In this document: in pieces, positions 41,770 to 53,688 of the stretch
Layout: every line of letters starts with the position of its first letter
How positions within the stretch are numbered: the first letter of the stretch is position 1
DNA from: the human T2T-CHM13v2.0 reference genome, Homo sapiens
Reading direction: 5' to 3' (one strand)
NCBI RefSeq assembly: GCF_009914755.1
Contig: NC_060930.1
DNA length: 64,000 nucleotides
The notes under the pieces: generated by a model
Seen by the model: the letters and a program-made list of their open reading frames with translations, nothing else
Database searches by the model: none
Told to the model about the DNA's origin: nothing
Position numbers and translations under genes: made by a program

Positions 41770-44478
41770 CTTTGTGGATTTATCTACCTTTGGTCTTTGC
41801 TTTTGGTGACCTTTGGATGGAGTTTTTATGTGGTTGTCCTTTTTGTTTATGTTGATGCTTTTGCTTTCTGTTTGTTCATTTTGCTTTTAACAGTGAGACC
41901 CCTCTTCTGCAGGTCTGCTGGAGTTTGCTGGAGGTCCACTCCAGAACTTGTTTGCCTGGGTATCACCAGCTGAGGCTGCAGAACAGCAAAAATTGCTGCC
42001 CCCTCCTTCCTCTCGAAGCTTTGTCCCAGAGGGGCACCCACCAGATACCAGTTGGAGCTCTCCTGTATGAGGTGTCTGTCGACCCCTGCTGGGAAGTGTC
42101 TCCCAGTCAGGAGGCACGGGGGTCAGGGACCCACTTGAGGAGGCAGTCTGTCTCTTAGCAGAGCTTGAGTGCTGTGCTGGGAGGTCCACTGCTCTCTTCA
42201 GAGCTGTCAGGCAGGAACACTTATGTCTGCTGAAGCTGCACCTATTGCTGCCCCTTTCCCCAGGTGCTCTGTCCCAGGGAGATGGGAGTTTTATCTATAA
42301 GCCACTGACTGAGGCTGCTGCCCTTCTTTGAGAGATGGCCTGCCCTGAGAGGGGGAATCTAGAGAGGCAATCTGGCTACAGTGGCTTTGCTGTGCTGTGG
42401 TGGACTCTACCTAGTCCAAACTTCCTGGCAGCTTTGTTTACACTGTGAAGGGAAAACTGCCTACCTAAACCTCAGTAATGGCAGACACCCCTCCTCCCAC
42501 CAAGCTGGAGCATCCAGGTCAACTTCAGACTGCTGTGCTGGCAGTGAGTACTTCAAGCCAGTGGATCTTAGCTTGCTGGGCTTCATGGGGTTGTGATCTG
42601 CTGAGCAAGACCGCTTGGCTTCCTGGCTTCAGCTCCCTTTCTGGGGGAGTGAATGGTTTTGTCTTGCTGGCATTCCAGGCGCCACTGGGGTATGAAAAAA
42701 AAACTCCTGCAGCTAGCTCAGTGTCTGCCCAAATGGCTGCCCAGTTTTGTGCTTGAAACCCAGGGCCCTGGTGGTGTAGGCACCCAAGGGAATCTCCTGG
42801 TCTATGGATTGTGAAGACTGTGGGAAAAGTGTAGTATATGGGCCAGAGTGCACCATACATCATGGCATAGTCCCTCATGGCTTCCCTTGGCTAGAGGAGG
42901 GAGTTCCCTGGCTCCTTGTGCTTCCCAGGTGAGGCAACACCTCACCCTGTTTCTGCTCGCTCTCTGTGGGCTGCACCCACTGCCTAACCAGTCCCAAAGA
43001 GATGAACCGGGTACTCAGTTGGAAATGCAGAAACCACCTGCCTTCTGCATTGGTCTTGCTGGGAGCTGCAGACTGGAGCTGTTCCTATTCGGCCATCTTG
43101 CCTGGGAATCTAACTGTCTTATATTATAGTTTGGGTTTCTCAGGGGCAAATGCCATGCACTTACTCATATCTTCAGGCTGTTTTTCTGCCTAAAACTTAG
43201 TAAGTTCAGAATTAACTGGAAAGCAAACACCTGCACAGTAGATATACTCTGCTGCGGGTGCTCATTCACCACCACCCTCTCTTTCCCTTATCCCTTGGAG
43301 ACTTACCCTCTGCTAGGAAAATGTCAGTGACTTAGTCAATGGATTCAGTGTCTTCACAGAGCAGACTGAGGGGAGCCAAAGCAGGCTAAGGAAACAATGG
43401 TCGGCATTGTTTTTCCAAGTCTTTCTCCAATCCCTCCGCTGGCATGGAAACCTTCCAGGCCTCTCTCCAATCAGGGCCACACCCTCACCAGTGCTATGGA
43501 AATCCTTCTGCGCAGCACCAAGGTAATGAAACCAGTAAAAACAGTGTTCTTTTCCCATTGGCTAAGCTGGAATAATTCCTCACCCTTAGCAAATGGGCAA
43601 GTGGAAATTCTAGTAGGGAATTTAGAACACAGGTCTACACACTGGAAACCCTCAATGGAGTCTAAGGTTCTTTATATACATATACATTGTATAGATAAAA
43701 GAGTAAAAGAAAAGAAATCAGCTGAATCCAGAGAGATTGTTTTATTTTGTTAGCATAATACCAAAAGCTTTTCTCACTTTTAAATTTGTGGTTTTCAAAG
43801 TCTTAAAAAGAATATGAATATCCTTGTGTGTGTCGTTGCCCTCTACTGGATAAGCTGGGTAATATTGTCACTAGTTGTCCAAACATATTAATAATATACT
43901 GAACAACATCTTATACTTGGCTAGCATTTTGTCTTTTTATTTTTCAAAATGATTATACATGTAGAATTTTAATTTACCCTTTTCATAATGCTATAAAATA
44001 ACTAAGCTATTTTTATTCCCATTTTACAGATGAAAAACTGAGGCAGAGGTACATTATTCACTCAATATACATACTTTAATGAAGCTGTATATAAAGAACT
44101 ACGCTAAGCCATTTACAAAGGTGAATAAGATGATCTATACTCTCTGGGAGCTTAATTTGTTACAGATAAGATATATACCCAAATATCTATAATGAAAATA
44201 AAATTGTGATATAGGAATAAATTAAACTAAGAATTATTGATTGTAGAAGGAGCTTATACATGTTACTTTAGCCTCACAGTAACTTTTTTGGTATATGTCA
44301 TGTGCCTTGTTTTACAAATGACAAAATTGAGGTTGGATGTTTCTAAGTCATTGTTCAGATGCCCCACAGAGAACAATGCTATAGGAAAGGAGAAGAGGAA
44401 GAATTTACAACTGGTAAAAATCAAGAAAGGCGTCATAAAGGTGGTGGTGTTTGGCCTAGGGCTTAAAGGATGGGCAGG

Positions 44479-44779
44479 GGCTGGGTGCGGTGGTTCATGC
44501 CTGTAATCCCAGCACTTTGGGAGTCCGATGTGGGTAGATCACTTGAGGCCAGGATTTCGAGACCAGCCTGGCCAACATGCTGAAACCCCCTCTCTACTAA
44601 AAATACAAAAAATTAGCAGGGCGTGGTAGTGTACACCTGTATTCCCAGCTACTCAGGAGGCTGAGGCAGGATAATCACTTGAACCCAGGAGGTGGAGGTT
44701 GCAGTCGGCAGAGATCGCACCACTACACTTCAGTCTGGGTGACAGAGCAAGACTCCATCTCACAAAAAAGAAAAAAAAA
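44479..44779 (+). mobile_element. AluS (Sz-like) inserted in an L2 remnant
   Basis: Full dimer, 'gatcacttgaggccagg', A tail. Confidence 0.95.
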
Positions 44780-47700
44780 GGGCAAAAGAAGGCAAATGTC
44801 AAAAGGAAGCTTTGCTCATGATGTTGGCAAAGTGAGAGGCTCACTTGGGGCATGACAGGTCCTGCAGAGAGGGTGGAGCTTGGGCTATAGGGAAGGAATT
44901 ATTCTTGGTACAGAGGATGTATCCAAAAGAAGTCTTGGGAACAAGCAAAAAAGTCAGAGGTGGTCCACATCTTCTCCACTGTGCAGTGAGGACAGGGCTC
45001 TTGAGTAAGGGTCTCGCCTTTGGGTGGTCTCTGTGCTGACAGGAGGCACTGATGCTGGCCTGTTTGTGCAGTGAGGCTGCCCGTTTTGTGGCCTGGTTTC
45101 TGTTGCTTATGGATATGGTCATAGGTCAATGGGAGGTTGGTGTGAGAAGCCTGAGCAGGCTATGGCAGCCTGTGCTCCTGAGAGTCAGTAAAGAGTGCCG
45201 CATAACAAGGAAAATTCTGAAAATCATTCACTTTCACATTAGAGGTTGCTGAGCTGTGGCACCTCCTCTTTCCTTTAACAATCTGGACCAACGGCCTAAA
45301 GAGCAGAATGTGAAAAAAATAAAATAAAATTGAAGACACTGTAACGAATGAAACAGGACTCTCTTTGTCCTTTAAACGAGAGGCTAAGCCTCATTTAGTA
45401 CTTGGGTGATTTGCCTAGAGTTTTCCTTTTCTGCCCAACAATTTTTCAAGCCTTCCATAGTCAACCATTACCACCTTCCAGGTATTCTGTTCCTGGTGGT
45501 TTAACAGAGAATCTCAGGGTCAGAATAAATGACAGGGATCACAGCGAGTTCTCACAGCTTACAAGGCCATGGCCTTCCTGCCAGAGGTCTAAAGGGGCTG
45601 GAGACAGGGGCTAGAAGAGAAAGGGAAGGAACAGAAAAAGCCAAGACAGTTAAAGGAATGGATGACAAAGGAAACAGTGAGTTGGACATTTTTTTCCTCT
45701 GAATCTTTTCTGTCATGACTCCTTTAAGCCACTGAGAAAGAAATACAGAGAAAAAGACCCAAAAATAGATAGATAAATATATAGATAGTTGCAGAGACAG
45801 ATGAACAAACACACAGAAAAAAAATGAGCTATAAGTAATCATGACATTATCATGTATTTTTCTTAAAAAAGGGCCACTTCTATTGACTCAGTCTTGATTC
45901 TCAAATAACAAAACTGAACTAGTACAGTACATTTAGTTCTTTATTCTATGCATATTTACTGAATATCTTTTACACACTTCCATGTACTTATCCACTAAGA
46001 ATGTATTAAGTACCTACCAGGTACCAGGAACTATGCTAGGAGTGGGAAATACAAAGGTAAATAAACAAAGTCTCTTCCCTTACTTAGCTGTGAGCCTTTG
46101 CCTCAAGGTGTGCTGAACCCATGGGATATTTAACAAATGTTGGATTGAGTTGCACTGTTATTGCCTCATCTTCAGCAGGGTTAGGACCTGGGAGCACCAG
46201 TTTCACCACTTCTCCGGCATTAACTAAGACAATGCATAACCACAACTCAGATGATATACGTGATCCTTTGTCCTTCTTGTTAGGATCTATCTCTAAGCTT
46301 TGAGTTTGGGAGAAGGAAACATGCCATTGGCATAATAGACTTTAGGGCAGAAGAGTCCAGGTTCTTGCCTCTCTGGCTGAGCCACAGGCTTTTCTTATGG
46401 GAAACTCACCACCTTCATTAGCAACACTACTCTGTCTTCATTATTTGCCGGGCAGACTCATCTGGTGAATGCCACTGAAATGAGATTCGTTTTTTTTTTC
46501 TTTTTAATTATTGACACACTAAGCTTCCTCTCCCTACCCCACCTGATGCATACATATTTGGAAAGAGGGGAAGACTGAGTGAGCTGTGACATCGAGGTGG
46601 GAAGCAATTGACAGCTGCACTGTAGCTTCATAACATCAGGAAAAGCAAACTGAAATGGATGGGGTTGTGTTTATCCTTTAAAGTAGAAACATAAACTTAG
46701 AGTAACAGTTCTTTCCTTTTGGTGTACTTTGTTGACAGTTTTGTCTTATTTTCATGTAAGTGGACCTCATTCTTCATGTTGGCTTTTATCTTTATATTTA
46801 CGCAAGATGTCTAAGAAGTGTAAGGTTCCAGGGAGGTCACAAAATGGGGCACTTTCCTATGGTTTGTGCAATTTGTCAAAAAAAATATGGATGAATAAGA
46901 GTTTGAAAATGATATAAAGCTAAAGCCAGTCTGTCAAGAATTTTTTTCTCATTTTAAAAATCCATTGAAAATTTTCAGAATTTTTCACATGACTGCACCC
47001 TATACCAAGACTCATCTCAAAATTATCTATTTAATTAATGCTTCCCAGATTTTGGATCTCAAGCGCCATTTAAAAGAAAGAAAGTCAAAACAATACATGA
47101 GGAACTGACATGAAGTACCAATTTTAGGTTTGCTTTTCTAGAAAATAAAAGCTAAAAAAGTAACAGCAGCTACCATCAACTGCCACCATTATTTTCCAAA
47201 TGACCTTTGACATCACAAAAGGAAGAAGGGAACAACTTCATACAAATGGACGATCCCTTCAATTTAATCATTTAGGTTTTTTAAAAACTCACAACATTGG
47301 CTTATGTTTTTCATTTTGCAACACACCAACGACAGGTTCTCACAGACCACTGAGGGAGCAGCCTGTGGTAACTCCTGCCCGGCATTACAAGTTCCAGTGA
47401 TCTAGAAGAAGGAAGTCTACCATGGAGATCAAGTCCACACAGGCCTTCCTAGACAGAATTCATACTCTAACCATGGGGAAATCTTGGATGTTACTCCAAG
47501 CCACAGTTTCCTCATTTGTAAAATGGAGTTGCTGTTATTTACCCTGGGAACTACTATGTGTGATCAATCAGTTAGTGTACTGAAAGCAACAAGCAGAGGG
47601 CCTTGTCACAGGCTACCACAAAGTAATTTTCTTTGTCTCCCTCTCTTCTTAACAATAAGGCCTGAACCTTACTCTTTTCATTCCCTAGAACACCTTGCAG

Positions 47701-48031
47701 TGAGCTTTGTAGTTAGGAAGTAGTCAATGAAGATGTACTGCATTCAATTTGTATGAATAGGACTCATAATGTCGTGTTTGTTATGCTTTGTTTATAGTAA
47801 ATCACCTTATTAAATTTATAATAAATCACTTACTTAGTAATTACTCCTTGTCTTGTCTCACTTACAAAGTCTATGTAACTTTTGGATTTAGGGATGATAT
47901 CATTCATTTTTCTACTATCACCTTCCTCCCAAGTACCTGGCACAGTACAGGTTATATCCTAAAGGCTGTATAAATACTTGATAATTAGTCACTGATTAAA
48001 GGACACAATCTGTCCCTTTGGGTGCACTGAA

Positions 48032-48033
<2 letters not shown>

Positions 48034-48076
<43 letters not shown>

Positions 48077-48079
48077 TGT
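48034..48079. repeat. (GT)n microsatellite
   Basis: Direct read. Confidence 0.95.
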
Positions 48080-50262
48080 CTCCATGCATCCATTCTTATG
48101 GGCCTTTTTTTTTTCAGATATTTCAGTCCAACTTGGAACTTCGGTAATAATTCTGAGTTTACAGACATTCAGCAAGTATGATCAGATTGCACTTTTGGAA
48201 AAATCTATTTCAAGTGTGATAGCTTGTGTGCCTAGGGCAAGCATTCTTTCTTTTCCTACTAATAACTCAACAGGTTCAGCAGGCAATAGCACTGCTTACA
48301 GGTTCTTCATTCTTCACAGGTGAGGACAGTATTACCTTGTATAGGCAACTACATTTTACTTAGTGGTGATCTGATTACCTTGATCTTAAACATTTTAACT
48401 TTGCACTATCCATGCCCACAGAGAGTTGGGCAAAATGAGAAGGGCCTGTGGAAAATACACATCCAATTTTATATTGCAGTTGTATTGGCAATTGCAACTT
48501 AACCAGCTTTACTGCTACTTCTAGAGGGAAGTGAAATTACATGCACTAATAAGATTTGTGGAGAAATGGATATGATACATAATACAAGAGCATTCCTTGA
48601 TGAAACAGCTAATACTAAGTACATATATGGAAATCTAATAAATACATTTTTTACTAAGGATAATTTTTTCAATACTCAATAACAGAATCACTGGGAAGGA
48701 CCATCTAGGGAGTGTATGCTGTGTTCCTACATCTTTCTGAATTAAAATGGTATTTTTCTCTTTAATGTGTCTTTGGTGAAGGTTCATTGAGACTGGGATG
48801 TGAGGAAAGAAAGGACACTCAAAATATTTTTTAGATCCTTTGAGACTTAGTGTCTTCGCAGTGACTTGGATCTAACCATATCAAAGCTTAGGAACTTCTC
48901 AGGAATTAATTCCATGATACTGGTAAACTGAACATGATTACTAAGATCTGTGTTTTCTTTTTATCTTATTGGATATCATAGTTTGATTAAAATATTTTGA
49001 AGAAACAACTCCAGTCATTTATAGCACTGGTGTTGAATCATGTTGAGTTTCTGAAAGCATCTTCTGTGACCCAAATGAAGAGTAACTAAGCTTTCTATTA
49101 TCCAGCTTATTGTTGAACAATATTTACTGAGTGTTTGCTTTGTGTTCAGTGCAGCTTGATGCAGTGTTCCTAATCTCAATGAATTATCCCTGGTGTCAAT
49201 TCTTGCTTAGCATATAAGAGTATCAAAATACAAGTACAAAAGTAAGTAGATATAGATATAGATATAAATGGAAGCACCAAATTAATTATGGCTAATTTCT
49301 ATCAAACTCTTACTCAGCTCTTTTTTTTTCTTCCCTACCCCTCAGCTCTTATTGGAACTCAATGGCTTTTTAGGGGGAAGCAGACAGTTTGCCTTTTTTC
49401 AGAAATGATAGACATGCCCTGACCCACTCTAATTTGCTATTAACAATTTGTTATGCAGCTCTCATCTTTGAATTTATCTAAACCCTTCCTGTGCCTATTT
49501 TTACTTTCAGTTCATATAAATAATTGCCATAATAAATTCCACATGTTAACTTATTTGCAGTTAAAAGCTTCCTTTCAAACTTCAGCAATGTTTCCCTATA
49601 TTTGCTATCACAGGATAGAGTAAAAACTAACATCTCTAATCATTATCCCTACTTCACTTCCATCACTTTCAAATTGTAGCTTTATAATCTTTAAAATTTT
49701 CTTGGCATTGAAAACAATAACAACAATAACAACATTTTATAGAAACGATTCATTGAAAGACAACTTTATCTAAATTGTTCAATTCAGCCAACACTTATAG
49801 AGTTGATGCTGGTGGCCAGGCACGGGGATGCAAAGTAGAACAAAATGTAGCTCCTGCCTTCCAGGAGCCCTCGATGAGCCAGACAGACAAAGTATAAATG
49901 GATTAGCATAACACAAATACAACTGAGTTGTGTAAAATGTTATGGATGGCAACACAGTTGGGAGAGAAATTGCTCCTGAGAGACAGAAATCAGTGAAAGA
50001 TTCAGAATTGAGGAGATACTTGAGTCTTAAAGAGAGAGAAGCCTTGTCTCAAAGATAAGTAGTGACAAGCAATTAATACGGGGTTAAGGACATGGGGTTT
50101 GCAGTCAAACAGAGCTGTATTTGACTCATATTTCTGCTATTTCATAGATGTGTAACCTTGGGAAAATTGCTTTATGTTCTAAAACTAAGGTTTCCTTTGA
50201 AGTGCAATGAAGATAATGATGGTGCACTCCTAGTTTTGTTGTGAGAATCACCTGCTATATGT

Positions 50263-50607
50263 GTGCATGGTTTGAATGTATGTGTTCCTCCGAAATTCAT
50301 ACGTTGGAACCTAATACCCAGTGTACAACATTAAGAGGCTGGGGAGCTTTTGGGAAGCGATTAGATCTTGAGGACTCTGGCCTCATGAATGGATTTGTGC
50401 CCTTATAAAAGAGGTTGAAGGGAGCACCTGAATGCCTTTTCACCTCTTCCACAATGTGAGGAAGGAACGGCACACCCTTACCAAACACTGAATCTTCTGG
50501 CACCTTGATCTTGGACTTTCCAGCCACCAGACCTGTGAGAAATAAATTTCTATTATTTATAAATTACCCAGCCTATTCTCTTATAGCAGCAGGAATATAC
50601 TAAAATT
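50263..50607 (+). mobile_element. MSTD/MLT1A-like solo LTR nested in a MIR
   Basis: 'atggtttgaatgt...aaattcatacgttgga...caccttgatcttggactttccagcc...aataaatttct'; MIR halves on both sides. Confidence 0.85.
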
Positions 50608-50665
50608 GTATTTGAAACCTTTAGCATAGTTCCTGCTACATTTAAGCATTTATGAGATAACTACC

Positions 50666-50697
50666 ATCATCATCATCATCATCATAACCATCATCAT
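50666..50697. repeat. (CAT)n microsatellite
   Basis: Direct read. Confidence 0.85.
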
Positions 50698-50894
50698 TTT
50701 GACTATTCAGATAGAGATCCAAGTTCTGATTTCATCCAAAGTCCTTAGAGTGGCATTCAGTTGTCTTTTCTCCTTTCATGGTTCCTAATGAAAAGTATCT
50801 GGAGCCTCAACTTTGTGAATGGTCTTCATGAGTATTTACTGGAGGCTGGGGGCTGGGGCTCAGGAGACACTGAGAGAAACACAAAGATGTCACA

Positions 50895-51075
50895 GAGCAT
50901 ACTACTTAAAGTGTGGGCCATGAACTCTATATTTGAATCACCAAGGGCACTTGTTAAAATTCAGATTTGTAGACCAACCCTGTCTACATACTTAATAAGA
51001 GTCTTTGGGATGACACTCCAGAATCTCTTTTATAAGCTCCTTAGGTCAATTCACATACATACCAGCATATGAACA
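50895..51075. mobile_element. MER5A-like fragment
   Basis: 'ctacttaaagtgtgggcc...aatcaccaagggcacttgttaaaattcagatt'. Confidence 0.7.
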
Positions 51076-51577
51076 TACTTTCCTATGTTGACTTAGCTCC
51101 AGTTTGCTCAGGATCTTTTGTTTACTAGAGGTTTCTCCAAAGCCCTGGAGTTCTTCTTTCTTTACAGCTCCTCACCTCAACTTCCTGCCAGAATCATTTA
51201 TAATGTGATGCAGTTCCCTTGCGTACTCTCTTACCCTCAACTACAGGTTACTCTTAGTGAGACTTCAAATTGTTATGTAGTAGATACTTTGCCTTATCTT
51301 CCTGATTAGGCATCATCTAGCTTGATCCACATCTATTTGTAATATATCTATCACTCATGTATTAGATATTATAGATTTCTAATATTTCTGTCTCTATCTC
51401 TGACAGCTCACACACGCACACTTCTTTTTGGGCAAAACTCTATAAACTCACACTGACTCCGTATCAGTGAGAAATTCCTGTGTGTTTCTTGTTGTACAAA
51501 TCTTTATCTGCAACATGATTTTGTCCAAGTTCCTTTCTATAAAAATGATTTTCTGTTCTATTAGTTCTGTTCTAGAC

Positions 51578-51645
51578 TATTAGTCCATTTTTCATTGCTA
51601 TAAAGGAGTACTTGAGACTTGGTAATCTAGAAAGAAAATAGGCTG
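51578..51645 (-). mobile_element. Isolated ~70-bp MST LTR terminus
   Basis: 'tattagtccatttttcattgctataaaggagtacttgagacttggtaat...aagaaaa'. Confidence 0.75.
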
Positions 51646-52251
51646 ACTGTCATAGTTTTACCCTAAGAAGAATAGCGGGACATGGATATGCATGTAGAAA
51701 GGCTGCATAGATATCAATTGCAACAGTCTTGTACTTCACCTTTTCTGTCTTAGGGACCATTTATTGGCTACAGAATTAAATAATTATGCCCTAACTCTTT
51801 TGTATATGTAAGAATTTTACAACTGTTTGGTGGCTTCTTAAACTGAGAGGTTTCAATCTTTCCAGGAATAGTAGATAAAGATATGCAGAATAACTAGCTG
51901 AAAAATCAAAGATCCTGACTTTAAATTTGATGCCTTAAAAGGTGAAGCCGAGAAGTATAGTAAAAGAGAACTTAAATCAGGGTCAAGAGACTAGGGTTGA
52001 AGTATGGCTCCAACTCTAATTAGCTATAAGAATAGATCAAATTCACTTTGTATTTCAGGTCTTCAGAGTATCAATGTCAGGGATTGAATCAGAGGGCTTC
52101 TAATGTTCTTTCCAGCTTTACCATTCTATGTCCACATAAGTTTATAATTCCTCCCTATTTAGAACTCACTGGGCCGTCAATATCATGGTACTGTAATTGA
52201 AGGACAAATTCTTGATATGCACCTTGAAATTAATATTTGTGATTATATATA

Positions 52252-52960
52252 GTGTTAATTATGATTTTTTTAAAAATTAAGAATATTAGATTTAACAGTT
52301 TATTTGAGAAAATAACAATTCATGAATCAGGCAGCACTCAGAAACAGAAGAGGCTCAGAGATCTTTTCCCAGTAATGGTAACAGTTGGCTTTTTTTTTTT
52401 TTTTTTTTTTTTTGAGATGGAGTCTCACCCTGTTGCCCAGGCTGCAGTGCAGTGGCACAATGGCACAATCTTGGTTCACTACAACCTCTGCTGGGTTCCA
52501 GTGATTCTCCTGCCTCAGCCTCCTGAGTGGCTGGGAGTACAGGTGCCCACCACCATACCTGGCTAATTTTTGTATTTTTAGTAGAGATGGGGTTTCAACA
52601 TATTGGACAGGCTGGTCTCGAACTCCTGACCCTGTGATCCGCCCATCTCAGCCTCCCAAAGTGCTGGGATTATAGGCATGAGCCACTGTGCCCAGCCAAC
52701 AGTGAGCTTTTATAAACTGAACATGAAAGCAAAATAGAGAAATCACCTAATTGTCTATAGCTAGGCATCTGCCTTACTTGGGCATGGTGTGATGAGTTGG
52801 CTGCATATGATTGATTGAAAACCAGGCTATTTGTTACAAAAATATAATAGTCCTAAGTCAGGTTTTATTTTGTTTACTTACCAAGTTAGATTGTGGTTTG
52901 TTAGGTAGGAATTTAAAGTATGAGGACAGGCTCAGACTAATGGTCTCCTGCTTATTTAAT
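52252..52960 (-). mobile_element. ERV1 solo LTR (MER57-family-like) split by an Alu
   Basis: 'gtttatttgag...ttcatgaatcaggcagc', 'tgccttacttgggcatggt', 'gctatttgttacaaaa', 'ctaatggtctcctgcttatttaat'. Confidence 0.7.
52390..52697 (-). mobile_element. AluS
   Basis: Poly(T) plus reverse dimer; TSD aacagttggc/aacagtgagc at 52380 and 52698; internal tggcacaa duplication. Confidence 0.95.
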
Positions 52961-53574
52961 GATAAATACAATATTTTTTATGGTATTTATATATTACTTT
53001 ATAGTTTTTACATTTTATGTTCCCCATTTTTATAATAAAAACAACTCTTTGAGACATGTTTTACAGAATTATTGTCTATTTTTCAAACAGAAAAACTGAA
53101 GCTAAGAAAGTTAGATGATTCACTCCATGCCACACTGCTAATACATGACAGAGATAGAACTTAATCTAGTAAACTTTGCTCCATGCCACATAGCTGCTCA
53201 GATTTGAATAGAGAAGATAATGTTTCTGCAAGCATAAAGTAGGCTTAACAACTGTGAAGCCAAAACTTCACCCCAAGAAGCACCACAATGAACTATAGTA
53301 TCTAATGAAGTTAACAAAACTACAACAATCCGTGGCTCTCAAGAAGATGGGCAGATCTGTTCAGGTTGCTAGTTTATAAGATAAAAGTGAAAAGATCTAA
53401 TATTTGTATACAACATTGTAGTTTTCAAAAGACATGCAAGTGTAGTAATATTTAGAGTGTTTTTTTAAGACTCAAGCAAATTATTATAGGCTGAAACCAA
53501 AGCTCAGATAGATGCCACTAGATAGAGAGATTCCAGGTTTTTTGATTCCCAGACTCTAGTCCCACTCCACCACA

Positions 53575-53688
53575 TGGGGTGACCCACCGTCCCAGTTTGC
53601 CTGAGACTGACAAATTTCCCAGGACATAAAATCTTCAGTGCTAACTCTGTGAAATTCCCAGGAAAACTGAGATAAGTGGATAACCCTA
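53575..53688. mobile_element. MER94-like hAT-Blackjack MITE with perfect 8-bp TSD
   Basis: 'gggtgacccaccgtcccagtttgcc...gataacccta'; CCACCACA at 53567-53574 and 53689-53696. Confidence 0.9.

Larger units (their letters stand above)
36640..43110 (-). mobile_element. Full-length (~6.5 kb) degenerate LINE-1, L1PA7-like
   Basis: 5' end GATTCCCAGGCAAGATGGCCGAATAGG on minus (YY1 motif), long 5'UTR, ORF1, spacer, ORF2 and 3'UTR; short TSD core actgtct at 36551-36557 and 43113-43119. Confidence 0.95.

Noticed and set aside
36640-43110. Potentially active LINE-1
   Set aside because: Both ORFs carry multiple stops and frameshifts.
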